Origin: a virus
Lineage: Duplodnaviria > Caudoviricetes
DNA: 64,000 bases
IMG/VR virus record: IMGVR_UViG_3300021185_003947
Reading direction: 5' to 3' (one strand)
Every line of letters starts with the position of its first letter. Within the stretch, counting starts at the first letter, position 1. The position numbers were made by a program, and so were the translations under genes. This document shows positions 25,186 to 34,568 of this stretch, piece after piece. Below the pieces are notes generated by a model. The model did no database searches. It had not been told where the DNA came from and worked only from the letters and a program-made list of their open reading frames with translations.

Positions 25186-26142
25186 TCAGTTGACTTTGTA
25201 ATAACCTTTGTACCAAGATACAAATTTCTCTACACCTTCAGCAATCGAAACTTTAGGATGGTATCCTAGTTTTTGTAACTTAGTAGTATCAGACCATGTA
25301 GTTTGTGCATCAGCAGGATGCATTGGTACTAATTCGCGTATTGCTTTTCGACTCAAATTCTTTTCTATCTCATCTACAAAGTCCATTAACATTACTTTCT
25401 CACCGCGGCCTATACAGTATATATCTTCTAATTTATCTGGAGTATTTTGTGCTGTCTGTAATAAAATATTAATACCATTTATAATGTCATCAATGTATGT
25501 AAAATCACGAACCATGTCACCATTATTAAATAATTGGATAGGATTACCAGCAATGATATTTTTTGTAAAGTCAAACAACGCCATATCGGGTCTTCCCCAT
25601 GGTCCATAAACAGTAAAGAATCTTAAACCAACATTAATAGGAATCTTACTGCATTTGAATTGTGATTCGTTAGCGGCTTTTGATATAGCATATGGGTTTG
25701 ACTGATGACCTAGTTTATAATCTTCATTCCATGGTAAAGGATTATTAGCCATAATGCATGATGTTGATGCGTAAAATACTGTATTTATTTTATGTTCTTT
25801 ACATGCACTAATTAAATTTTGAGTAGCAATAATATTATTATCCATATAAAGCTTCGGATGATCTAATGAATATCTAACTCCTGCGTACGCTGCTAAATGT
25901 ATAACAACATCAACATCTTCTAATTTATTAAACCAATCTGACTTAAAAGCTAATACTGTCAAATCACCATAACTATTTTCAATTCCTAACTCATCAAGTT
26001 TTCCACTTCGAGCTCTTTTTAAAGCAACATCATAATAAGAATTATACGAGTCGATTCCTAATACATGATGGCCTTGAGAAAAAAGCTTTCTTGCAAGATG
26101 ATAACCTATAAAACCTGATATGCCTGTAATAAATATTTTCAT
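25186..26142 (-). CDS. NAD-dependent sugar epimerase (UDP-glucuronate 4-epimerase-like)
   Basis: TGISGFIG, HLAAYAGVRYS, YAISK, LRFFTVYGPWGRPDMA. Confidence 0.93.
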   Translation of the reverse strand: MKIFITGISGFIGYHLARKLFSQGHHVLGIDSYNSYYDVALKRARSGKLDELGIENSYGDLTVLAFKSDWFNKLEDVDVVIHLAAYAGVRYSLDHPKLYMDNNIIATQNLISACKEHKINTVFYASTSCIMANNPLPWNEDYKLGHQSNPYAISKAANESQFKCSKIPINVGLRFFTVYGPWGRPDMALFDFTKNIIAGNPIQLFNNGDMVRDFTYIDDIINGINILLQTAQNTPDKLEDIYCIGRGEKVMLMDFVDEIEKNLSRKAIRELVPMHPADAQTTWSDTTKLQKLGYHPKVSIAEGVEKFVSWYKGYYKVN

Positions 26143-26145
26143 ATT

Positions 26146-26748
26146 TTATTTACGTTCATTATGTGAGGGTAATCTTTTAACTCTTTTAATTACAGTATAT
26201 CCAACTCGCTGAATATTATGATCAATTATTTGCCAATATTGGTATTTTGTAATAAATTTTGCAATCTCTACTAAAAGCCCGTCTGAACCTGCGTAATTAC
26301 ATGTATCGTGAAATACTATATATTTTTTTACAGATGAGCCATGCATTTCTAATTCTTTTGCCAGAACATTACCTTTATGTGTAGTATCAATATGTAATAA
26401 ATCACAATCAGAAACAGATTCTGCTTCCATAGTATTTGCAATTTTAAATTCAAAATCAATATTATGCTTTTCAGCATAATCATAAAACAATTTAGAATAT
26501 GGATTAAAATATTTTGGCATAATATCAATGCCAATAATTTTTTTAGGTTTTTCCATCATCATAGCTGCTAACGTTACACCTTGGCAAACACCTAACTCTT
26601 TTACTGTATCACATTTTTTAGTAAGTTCTTTTAAAGGTTTATGATGTGCACAATATTCTGTAAAATGTGCAGTTTGCTGCATTGCTGTTAATTTATCATA
26701 AAATTCTGAAAGTGAATTAACTTCCTTTACTATGTCAGGCTTAATCAT
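26146..26748 (-). CDS. Class I SAM methyltransferase (Methyltransf_24-like)
   Basis: ELGVCQG, GIDI, DLLHIDTTH, IVFHD. Confidence 0.8.
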   Translation of the reverse strand: MIKPDIVKEVNSLSEFYDKLTAMQQTAHFTEYCAHHKPLKELTKKCDTVKELGVCQGVTLAAMMMEKPKKIIGIDIMPKYFNPYSKLFYDYAEKHNIDFEFKIANTMEAESVSDCDLLHIDTTHKGNVLAKELEMHGSSVKKYIVFHDTCNYAGSDGLLVEIAKFITKYQYWQIIDHNIQRVGYTVIKRVKRLPSHNERK

Positions 26749-26760
26749 AATATTCTCCTA

Positions 26761-27453
26761 TTATAGTCCATGGCTCATTCTTAAATTAGGCAATTTAAAT
26801 GTAAAATTTTCAGGTAGTATATATTGTATGTTAACGGATTTAGTGTTTATATAATAGTCAGATTGTTCCCATCCAAGATGTAAATGGGATAAAAGTCTTT
26901 TTGCTCCCTTTGGTGTCACTGCGTACGCAGCAGTTCCTGGCATCATTAATCCACCTTTAAAATTTATATTCTTAGTATATATTAACGGAGATTGAGTATA
27001 ATTATTTAAACCAAATCCCCAGTCAATTGATTGAACTTGTGTTTGCAATCCTCTAAAAACTTTTTGATTAAATGCTGAAGTAATATTTAAAATAAGTAAT
27101 TCATCAAATTCTAAATCATTCCAGTTTTGAATACAATAAGAATCATGCTCTAAAATTGATATAGGTTTTTCAAGTTCTACACATTTTTGCCATAATCTTA
27201 CATGATTTAGAAAACATGATTTTTTAGTTTCATATCTTTGTGCAGTATCTAGACTATGACCATATGCTCTGCTATTTTCCATTGTTTGAAGATTATTTAA
27301 TTTATCATCCCAATATTTAAGAGTAGATCTCTGTACACCTTCAAATAATTCTGCATCAAATCCACTATTTTTACACGATTTTAAACAGACGTTAGCATAT
27401 TCTTCTGATTTAGCATTATCTTTTACATATATTATATACGATCTAATACTCAT
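26761..27453 (-). CDS. GT25-like glycosyltransferase
   Basis: FLNHVRLWQKC, ILEHDS, GTAAYAVTPKGAKRLL; start set at MSIRS. Confidence 0.85.
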   Translation of the reverse strand: MSIRSYIIYVKDNAKSEEYANVCLKSCKNSGFDAELFEGVQRSTLKYWDDKLNNLQTMENSRAYGHSLDTAQRYETKKSCFLNHVRLWQKCVELEKPISILEHDSYCIQNWNDLEFDELLILNITSAFNQKVFRGLQTQVQSIDWGFGLNNYTQSPLIYTKNINFKGGLMMPGTAAYAVTPKGAKRLLSHLHLGWEQSDYYINTKSVNIQYILPENFTFKLPNLRMSHGL

Positions 27454-27454
27454 T

Positions 27455-28024
27455 TTAAATTCTTTCTGCTCTAAATACGTGGCCAGTTCCATCAAATCCC
27501 ATCCCGCTGACGGATTTTTTCCAAGTACATTTTAAACCAACTTTTTTCATCAGTGCTTCTAAATCACCTTCACTCAACGATAAAGGATCCCAGGCTCTTG
27601 AAGCTTGACCAGTCATATTTTCTATAAATATAGCTCCATTTTTATTCAACTGATTTTTCCAAGTTCCTAATGATTTAATTGGATCATAGCTATGATCAAA
27701 AGAATTACTATAAATTATGTCAAATTTATTTAAAAATTCTTTTTTTTCTTCATGAAAATCGTGCTGAATTGTCATTGGAAAATCTTTAGCGGTATACGAT
27801 ATTTCAGTTCCAATAACATATGCATTTTCAAAAATCTCTTTAAAAAATTTTTGTTCTGCAGCGTTTCTAGTTCCATGACATAAAATGTTTTTAGCTATAC
27901 CATATTGCATAGCGATTAATTCAATAGTATTTTTTTTTACCCAAACTTTGTTAATTTTTTTTACATTAGCATCAGTTTGAATTGATATATATTCTTCATA
28001 ATTTTTGTATTTAAAAATTTTCAT
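27455..28024 (-). CDS. Putative methyltransferase
   Basis: LCHGTRNAAE, FDIIYSNSFDHSYDP..L..W...L...G. Confidence 0.7.
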   Translation of the reverse strand: MKIFKYKNYEEYISIQTDANVKKINKVWVKKNTIELIAMQYGIAKNILCHGTRNAAEQKFFKEIFENAYVIGTEISYTAKDFPMTIQHDFHEEKKEFLNKFDIIYSNSFDHSYDPIKSLGTWKNQLNKNGAIFIENMTGQASRAWDPLSLSEGDLEALMKKVGLKCTWKKSVSGMGFDGTGHVFRAERI

Positions 28025-28767
28025 TATACGTTCTTCTCCCATAAATAGTTCATCTTAGTTCCACAATCAATAGCTCTATTGACATGAGTTGAAAACCATT
28101 TTCCGGTATAAACATGAATTTTATTATATGGCATATAAGCTGCGGCCATATGCATCATTCCTGATTCTACTCCTACATGTAAAGCTGCTTTAGACAAATA
28201 ACATCCTATTTGCTCTAAAGATTGTCTAGATCCAATTTCTATTATGTTGTATCCTTTATCAGTGTAATATTTTTTTATAGTATTTACTTTTACTGAATCT
28301 ATATTTCTTCCAGGATCATTAGAATCCCACTGCATAGTAATAAATTTTTCAGGAGTATTGTTTATATAATTGGATTTTAATAGAACCTTATTTTTAAAAT
28401 AGCGTACTATATCTATATGCTCTCCTTCATAGTACCATAAATCTGCATCTATATTATTATTATTAAGATATTTTAAAATATTTTCATCAGATGATACTGG
28501 AAAATCCCAGAACTGAAGATTAATTTTATCTGCAGGAAATAAATTATGTACTTCACTCCATGAAGCCATTTGTTGCTTTGCTTTATGTTTTAAAGATTCG
28601 GCAGTATCACCTTGACATCGTCTGTTTATATGTAAAGTGACACTTGTATTATTTTGTTCAGCATATTGGTATGCACAAAATAGCCCATGAACTTTATCTC
28701 CCAATGCTGAAAAATTAAAAGGTCTTTTTGCTTTCCTACTTATATTCCATAATGCTAGATGTTTCAT
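28024..28767 (-). CDS. GT9-like (GT-B) putative glycosyltransferase
   Basis: FITMQWD; LHVGVESGMMHMAAA. Confidence 0.65.
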   Translation of the reverse strand: MKHLALWNISRKAKRPFNFSALGDKVHGLFCAYQYAEQNNTSVTLHINRRCQGDTAESLKHKAKQQMASWSEVHNLFPADKINLQFWDFPVSSDENILKYLNNNNIDADLWYYEGEHIDIVRYFKNKVLLKSNYINNTPEKFITMQWDSNDPGRNIDSVKVNTIKKYYTDKGYNIIEIGSRQSLEQIGCYLSKAALHVGVESGMMHMAAAYMPYNKIHVYTGKWFSTHVNRAIDCGTKMNYLWEKNV

Positions 28768-29543
28768 TCTACTAACTTTCTTAGTTCATCTACATTTTCA
28801 CCGCGGTTAGGCAACTTGTCTTTTAAGAAAAAGTGCACAAAATGACATTCTTTAATTTTGGTATTAGCTGTAAACAAACCGTTCCATTTCCAATCCATAT
28901 TTTTAACTGGCATTTTCTCTTCTTTTACCCAAGTATTTAGAAGTGTCTGATCTGTTGACCACTTCCATGCACCCATGCCATCAACGAATGGTTTAAATTC
29001 TGGCCTACGAATAAATTGTAAAGGTGTTTCACCTCTCAAATATTTAGATATTTTTTTATTCATTACCATCATTCCCATGTTAAAGAATTCAGCACCTAAA
29101 TCATTCCATTTCCAATCTATACTTTTTAAATTTCCGTATTGCATCCTTGAATAGTTTTGAATTTTACTTTTATAAGCTGAATTAAGTGGCATAGTTCTTT
29201 CCACAACACCACCAAAAGCGTATTCTTCACTTAAGTCTTCAAAAATATTTGGTGCATCAGGCCTGATCCATATGTCAGCATCGATAATGGCTACTTGATC
29301 ATAATTTTTTAGATATGCAAATGCATTTTCTTTTTCATATATTGGTAAATATCCACCATATTTTTCATACGATTCTTTACTTCTATTTGTCTGAAAAACA
29401 TCAGGTTTAATCATTAGAATAGGAGTTTTCTGTACCTCGTGATCAATCCCATATTTTTTACAATATGCTTTTACTGAAGCTACACAATGATCATATAGTT
29501 TAGATTTTTTACCAACATAAACTTGATATATTAATCTTTTCAC
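28764..29543 (-). CDS. GT-A glycosyltransferase (GT8-like)
   Basis: IIDADI, FFNMGMMV, DQTLLN, WKWN, HFVHF. Confidence 0.85.
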   Translation of the reverse strand: MKRLIYQVYVGKKSKLYDHCVASVKAYCKKYGIDHEVQKTPILMIKPDVFQTNRSKESYEKYGGYLPIYEKENAFAYLKNYDQVAIIDADIWIRPDAPNIFEDLSEEYAFGGVVERTMPLNSAYKSKIQNYSRMQYGNLKSIDWKWNDLGAEFFNMGMMVMNKKISKYLRGETPLQFIRRPEFKPFVDGMGAWKWSTDQTLLNTWVKEEKMPVKNMDWKWNGLFTANTKIKECHFVHFFLKDKLPNRGENVDELRKLVE

Positions 29544-30517
29544 TTGTCGTACCTTTCCATATCTGCTTCCATCATCATATTTACCAAATCTTCAAAACTT
29601 GTTTTAGCTTTCCATCCCAGCTTTTCATTTGCTTTAGTTGGATCACCGAGTAAATTAGGTACTTCAGCCGGTCTCATAAATTTCGGATTCTGTTTTATAT
29701 ATCCATATTCTATAGGGTTAGTTACGCCAATATATTTAAACGCTATTTCAATAAACTCACGAATGGTCCATGTATTACCAGTAGCAATAACATAATCATC
29801 TGGTTCTGATTGAAGCATCATCCACATTGCTTCTACATAATCACCCGCATATCCCCAGTCTCTTTTTGCATCTAAATTACCTAGCTCAATACTATCTTGT
29901 AGACCATAATGAATACGTGCTATACCATCAGTAATCTTACGAGTGACAAATTCTTTACCACGAATAGGACTTTCATGATTAAATAAAATTCCACAAGAAG
30001 TATGTAATCCAAAACTTTCTCTATAGTTTACCATCGTATTATGAGCAAATACTTTAGCAGATCCATATGGCGATCTAGGTCTAAATGCTGTTAACTCGTT
30101 TTGAGTCATATCATCTTCCCAATTATTGCCAAACATTTCTGATGTAGATGCTTGATATATTTTAGCTTCAGGACAATATGTACGAACAGCTTCAAGTAAA
30201 TACAGTGGTCCCATCGCATCGACATTCGCAGTATGAATAGGTTCTTGCCAAGACAATCCAACAAAACTCATTGCAGCAAGATTATAAATTTCATCTGGTT
30301 TACTTTTTTTAATAGCATACAATAGGCTTGAATGATCTGTCATATCACCAAAAATAATTTTTACTTGATCAGTAATACCAAGATAGTCTAAATTTTCATA
30401 AGTCTGATTTACTCTTCGAGATGCAAATCCATATACTTCATAATCTTTTGACAGTAACAATTTTGCAAGGTACGCACCATCTTGACCAGTAATTCCTGTT
30501 ATAAGAGCTTTTACCAT
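29540..30517 (-). CDS. gmd: GDP-mannose 4,6-dehydratase
   Basis: ALITGITGQDGAYLA, YQASTSEMFG, PRSPYGSAK, GILFNHESP.RG.EFVTRKIT. Confidence 0.97.
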   Translation of the reverse strand: MVKALITGITGQDGAYLAKLLLSKDYEVYGFASRRVNQTYENLDYLGITDQVKIIFGDMTDHSSLLYAIKKSKPDEIYNLAAMSFVGLSWQEPIHTANVDAMGPLYLLEAVRTYCPEAKIYQASTSEMFGNNWEDDMTQNELTAFRPRSPYGSAKVFAHNTMVNYRESFGLHTSCGILFNHESPIRGKEFVTRKITDGIARIHYGLQDSIELGNLDAKRDWGYAGDYVEAMWMMLQSEPDDYVIATGNTWTIREFIEIAFKYIGVTNPIEYGYIKQNPKFMRPAEVPNLLGDPTKANEKLGWKAKTSFEDLVNMMMEADMERYDK

Positions 30518-31323
30518 TTGAAATTTCCTAACATTATTTCTTTTCCATTTGCATTATTAGGGTTATCTAATTTAGTTGGAAATATAACATCGTCATCTGT
30601 AAATTTTACTAGATCGTTTCGTACATAAGAAACTTCAATAACTTCAGCACAGGTTTTTTCATTTATTAAAAATGACCTAGCATGGTTATTTCCATGAATA
30701 TGATATGGAGTAAAATTTTCTCTCAGAGTCTTAAATGTATTAACAATTTTATCATAGCCATCCGGATGTTTTACATCATTTGTTAACATATCACCCAACC
30801 AATGAAATTCAATAGTCATCTGTGAAAACTGGCATAACGTTTCCTGAGAAGAACTTGTAAAAATGTCCCACTCAGCTCCTTCAATATCACACTGTAATAC
30901 CATATTTTTTACATCACTATGGCCATTATCTTTTATAATTTGTTCTATTGTTTTTAACTTATCTGTATTACTAGATCCTATACCGACTTTATGAAAAACC
31001 AAATTAGGATCATCACTATTATGGCGATCAATAGTGTGATCGTACATATGAATCTTACAATTGTATTCTTTTGACATATGTGATTCCCATGACACATTTC
31101 TTCCAACGCCAAAAGAATATGCGGGGTTTGATGTATGAATATAATCATCAATCATAATATATCCACCGTCGTATGGAGATCCAATTCTTTTTAATGTTAC
31201 ATTTTTAGGTTTTCTGGGATTTACATGACTAAGTGCTACAGCAAGTTTATCATCATCTGCTAGCAACATTTTCAATTCTGATAACATAATATTACTCCAT
31301 TGAGTGTGATTTGTATTCAACAA
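30511..31323 (-). CDS. FkbM-like methyltransferase
   Basis: RIGSPYDGGY, YSFGV, LQCDIEGAEW, IEFH, HIHGNN. Confidence 0.88.
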   Translation of the reverse strand: MLNTNHTQWSNIMLSELKMLLADDDKLAVALSHVNPRKPKNVTLKRIGSPYDGGYIMIDDYIHTSNPAYSFGVGRNVSWESHMSKEYNCKIHMYDHTIDRHNSDDPNLVFHKVGIGSSNTDKLKTIEQIIKDNGHSDVKNMVLQCDIEGAEWDIFTSSSQETLCQFSQMTIEFHWLGDMLTNDVKHPDGYDKIVNTFKTLRENFTPYHIHGNNHARSFLINEKTCAEVIEVSYVRNDLVKFTDDDVIFPTKLDNPNNANGKEIMLGNFKW

Positions 31324-31657
31324 AATCTGAGTTAGTCAATTCATTAATTTTTCTTTTAACATCTGCTCTCATATCATTTAATATATATACTGATCGAGAG
31401 AGTTCAATAAATTTAGTTCCAAAATCTTTAACTTTTTCACATTGTCTTTTACCGTCCTCAATGTCCCATAACTCACTATTAATAGTTAACAATATTCCAA
31501 CAAGAGAATCTATTGTACTTGAGTTAGTCTCGTCTTGTTTAATACTTAATAACATATCAAGTTCTTTACCATCACCTATTCCGTGAGCTTGTTTGATTTT
31601 TAGAATAGTAATCTTATCAAAATACTCGCCCATACTAATTTCTACATTTACTTTCAT
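31292..31657 (-). CDS. DUF6165-like conserved protein
   Basis: EISMGEYFDKITILKIK...N.ELWDIED...ELSRSVY..ND.RA..KRKIN. Confidence 0.8.
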   Translation of the reverse strand: MKVNVEISMGEYFDKITILKIKQAHGIGDGKELDMLLSIKQDETNSSTIDSLVGILLTINSELWDIEDGKRQCEKVKDFGTKFIELSRSVYILNDMRADVKRKINELTNSDFVEYKSHSME

Positions 31658-32385
31658 TTGTCCCTCGAATAATTTAAAACTGCCCCGGCCTTTAATACAT
31701 TTTTTAAATGAATACTAGTGTTGATATGCATATAATTACTAGTGTATATATGTATTTTATTAGATGGCATAACTATCTTTGCAAGATGCATAAATCCAGA
31801 ATCAACTCCTATGTGTAATGCCGCTTTTGACATTATATATGCTATTTTATGTAAATCATTTCTTAATGTATCATTTTCGGCTTGCCCACCAACACCTACA
31901 ACAGTATATCCTAAATTATTATAAAAATTAATAATTCGAATAATTTCATCGGTACTGCATCTTCTATTTCCAAATTCTGCATTAGAACGAATTGAGTTTA
32001 AATTAGGCCTTCCAGCATCCCATTGCATTGTTACAAATTTTTCTGGTAAATCTGGAAAGTGCTTAGAATAATCTTTTACTTTAATTTTTGGAAAATCTTT
32101 ATGGAACGATAATAAATCTTGGTATTCTTTATTTTCTTGGTTAATATTATATCTATAATAGTTTATATAATTTAAATTATTCAAACTAGATGATAATTTA
32201 AGTGTCATTTTGATAGGCTCAAATAATGAACTAATTTCTTTCCAACCAATAAATTCTTTTTCTTTATGTATTGATACACAGTTATCATTTTCTCTTAATG
32301 CCATCATATTAGCTGTACACAGCCAATCTATTCTATCACCTAAAGCAATTCCTCTAAATGGCACATCTATTATAATATTTTGCAA
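31654..32385 (-). CDS. GT9-like putative glycosyltransferase (tandem copy)
   Basis: LGDRID; FVTMQWDAG; LHIGVDSGFMHLA. Confidence 0.65.
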   Translation of the reverse strand: MQNIIIDVPFRGIALGDRIDWLCTANMMALRENDNCVSIHKEKEFIGWKEISSLFEPIKMTLKLSSSLNNLNYINYYRYNINQENKEYQDLLSFHKDFPKIKVKDYSKHFPDLPEKFVTMQWDAGRPNLNSIRSNAEFGNRRCSTDEIIRIINFYNNLGYTVVGVGGQAENDTLRNDLHKIAYIMSKAALHIGVDSGFMHLAKIVMPSNKIHIYTSNYMHINTSIHLKNVLKAGAVLNYSRDK

Positions 32386-32388
32386 AGT

Positions 32389-33108
32389 CTATTTTCTCGA
32401 ATAGTTTAGAATTGCGCCGGCATTTAATACATTTTGTAATTGTGTACTTACAAATTGATGAGTAAAATTGCTGGTGTATATGTGTATTTTATTAGATGGC
32501 ATGACTATTTTTGCAAGATGCATAAATCCAGAATCAACTCCGACATGCAGATCAGCTTTTGACATTATATATGCTATTTTATGTAAATCATTTCTTAATA
32601 TAGGATTACTAGCCTGACCACCAACGCCTATAATTTCATATCCTAAGTCTTTATAGAAATCAACTATACGTTGTATTTCATCTTCACTACATCTTCTTCT
32701 TTGTTGGCCGGCGTCCCATTGCATTGTAATAAATTTTTTTGGTAGTGGTGGCATTTCTTTTGAATAATCTTTTACTTTTATTTTTGGAAAATCACCTAGT
32801 GAGGATAGCAAATTTTGATAATCATCATTTTTAGAGCCAATATTATATCGAGGATAGTTTAAAAATTTTAAATTACTATGAAAATTATCTGACATTTCTA
32901 ATATCATATGTCTTGGTTTAAATAAAGAAGATAATTCATCCCAACATATAAATTCTTGCTTTTGTGTAGGATTAGGTGTATATCTTTTATGTATTGTAAT
33001 GAAATCATCATTAGCTTGTTGAGCTAACATATTAGCAGTACAAAGATAATCTATTCTATCGCCAAGACCAACACCTTTAATATTTGTTTCTAATACTAAA
33101 TGTTGCAT
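32389..33108 (-). CDS. GT9-like putative glycosyltransferase (tandem copy)
   Basis: Close paralogue of 31654-32385, with long shared stretches such as LRNDLHKIAYIMSKA. Confidence 0.65.
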   Translation of the reverse strand: MQHLVLETNIKGVGLGDRIDYLCTANMLAQQANDDFITIHKRYTPNPTQKQEFICWDELSSLFKPRHMILEMSDNFHSNLKFLNYPRYNIGSKNDDYQNLLSSLGDFPKIKVKDYSKEMPPLPKKFITMQWDAGQQRRRCSEDEIQRIVDFYKDLGYEIIGVGGQASNPILRNDLHKIAYIMSKADLHVGVDSGFMHLAKIVMPSNKIHIYTSNFTHQFVSTQLQNVLNAGAILNYSRK

Positions 33109-33111
33109 AAT

Positions 33112-33882
33112 CTATCTTCTTTCAATATCACTTTCTTCACACTTTTCTCCGAATTGAATCTCAATAACATGGCACGGTTCACTACCTACACTAATTGCTT
33201 TATGCCAGGTTCCAGCATCTATTACCATCGTGTCATGAGGTTTCATTATAGTTGATTTTATATCTCCGCTATAATCTTCGGTAATCATACATAATTTACC
33301 TTTTAAAACATACCAATGTTCAGTACGGTACTTATGTCTTTGGTCTGATAACGATTTGTCAGGATCAATAACTAACTCTTTAGTTTTAAATGTGTCCTTA
33401 TCATCAAGTACACGATAAAATCCCCATCTTGTTTCAGTCTTTTGTGTTTTCCAATTATCAAGAATAGCACTTGAAGAATTTTTCTTATGAGCACCTCCAA
33501 TTCCAAATTCAAAAGATAAAGTATTTTTATCTGATATTGTCATATTTTCTTCTGGAATATTTGTAGTGGTTCTATCGCCACCATTCATAAAACATATTTC
33601 ATGACCAGTAGTAGAACTATCTGCCATACTTATAAGATCTTTTGCAGAGCCATCATCATCATTAAATTCTATTACTTGAAAATCACACTCAAGTTTTAGT
33701 CTTCTTATTATATATGCTCGTTCTTCCCATGGCATAAAGAAAGAACCTTTTTTGCGTATTAACCATTGATCACTATTTGGACCAATATATAAAAAATCAC
33801 AGCGGGTCGATGCATTTACAATATAGTCGATATGACCAGAATGTAAAGGATCAAACCCGCCGCTAATTATTCCAATTTTCAT
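33112..33882 (-). CDS. Cytidylyltransferase fused to a cupin (mannose-6-phosphate-isomerase C-terminal-like) domain
   Basis: SGGFDPLHSGH, NGGDR, TRWGFYRVL, LSDQRHKYRTEHW. Confidence 0.88.
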   Translation of the reverse strand: MKIGIISGGFDPLHSGHIDYIVNASTRCDFLYIGPNSDQWLIRKKGSFFMPWEERAYIIRRLKLECDFQVIEFNDDDGSAKDLISMADSSTTGHEICFMNGGDRTTTNIPEENMTISDKNTLSFEFGIGGAHKKNSSSAILDNWKTQKTETRWGFYRVLDDKDTFKTKELVIDPDKSLSDQRHKYRTEHWYVLKGKLCMITEDYSGDIKSTIMKPHDTMVIDAGTWHKAISVGSEPCHVIEIQFGEKCEESDIERR

Positions 33883-33906
33883 GATATACTATTCACCTTT
33901 ATAATA

Positions 33907-34260
33907 TTATTTACCTTTAGTATAACCTTCCTTTGCATAGAAGGCTGCTACGATTGCTGCAACTGATACGAAGTATGTTGGAGCCATATCACCTAGAATA
34001 TTTGGAGCGGCTTCTAAACCAATCCAATTAGCAAGGACTACAGCAAACGGATAAAGAAGCATTCCAGCAAGAGCAAACCACGCCATTCCACGCTGTGCAT
34101 CTTCTTTCTTATCTTCGTTTTCTATTCTTTCACGTTTTGCTTCAAGATCCATTATTTTATCTGCTTGTGCCATTTCTTCATCAGAAACAACGCCATCTCC
34201 ATCAGTGTCTAAATGCGCATATTTTGAGTCGTCTTGTAATGTTTTACTTTTTTTAGCCAT
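33907..34260 (-). CDS. Two-TM membrane protein with an EF-hand-like DxDGDG loop
   Basis: DTDGDGVVSDEE plus two hydrophobic helices. Confidence 0.7.
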   Translation of the reverse strand: MAKKSKTLQDDSKYAHLDTDGDGVVSDEEMAQADKIMDLEAKRERIENEDKKEDAQRGMAWFALAGMLLYPFAVVLANWIGLEAAPNILGDMAPTYFVSVAAIVAAFYAKEGYTKGK

Positions 34261-34297
34261 GCTGTTTCCTTATAAAATTTACATGACAAAAAATAAT

Positions 34298-34513
34298 TTA
34301 TTCAGCTTCTGCTGGTTCACTTTCAGGTTTTTGATTTTTAGCAATGAAGTCTTCACAAATCATATTTAATTTGTCAAAAGTCGTGCCAAGCGTTGATAAA
34401 TCAGCAGCTTTAAATACTCCAGCTTGTGTAGCGGTATCAAAAACAGCTCTCATAACCATTAAATCATTAATAGTTAATTCAACATTTGTATTGGTTTGAA
34501 CTTCGTCAGTCAT
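34298..34513 (-). CDS. Conserved small phage protein
   Basis: GGAG RBS; LTINDL...D.A.Q.G.FKA.DL. Confidence 0.7.
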   Translation of the reverse strand: MTDEVQTNTNVELTINDLMVMRAVFDTATQAGVFKAADLSTLGTTFDKLNMICEDFIAKNQKPESEPAEAE

Positions 34514-34568
34514 CTTTTATTATCTCCATTAAATTGATTGTAGTATTATATATATTGTTTATTGTCTC

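Noticed and set aside
25172-25203. GGGAGG after the antisense promoter as the RBS of a plus-strand gene
   Set aside because: It leads only to TTG-ACT-TTG-TAA; the 133-aa ORF at 25208 is too distant and is a shadow of the epimerase.
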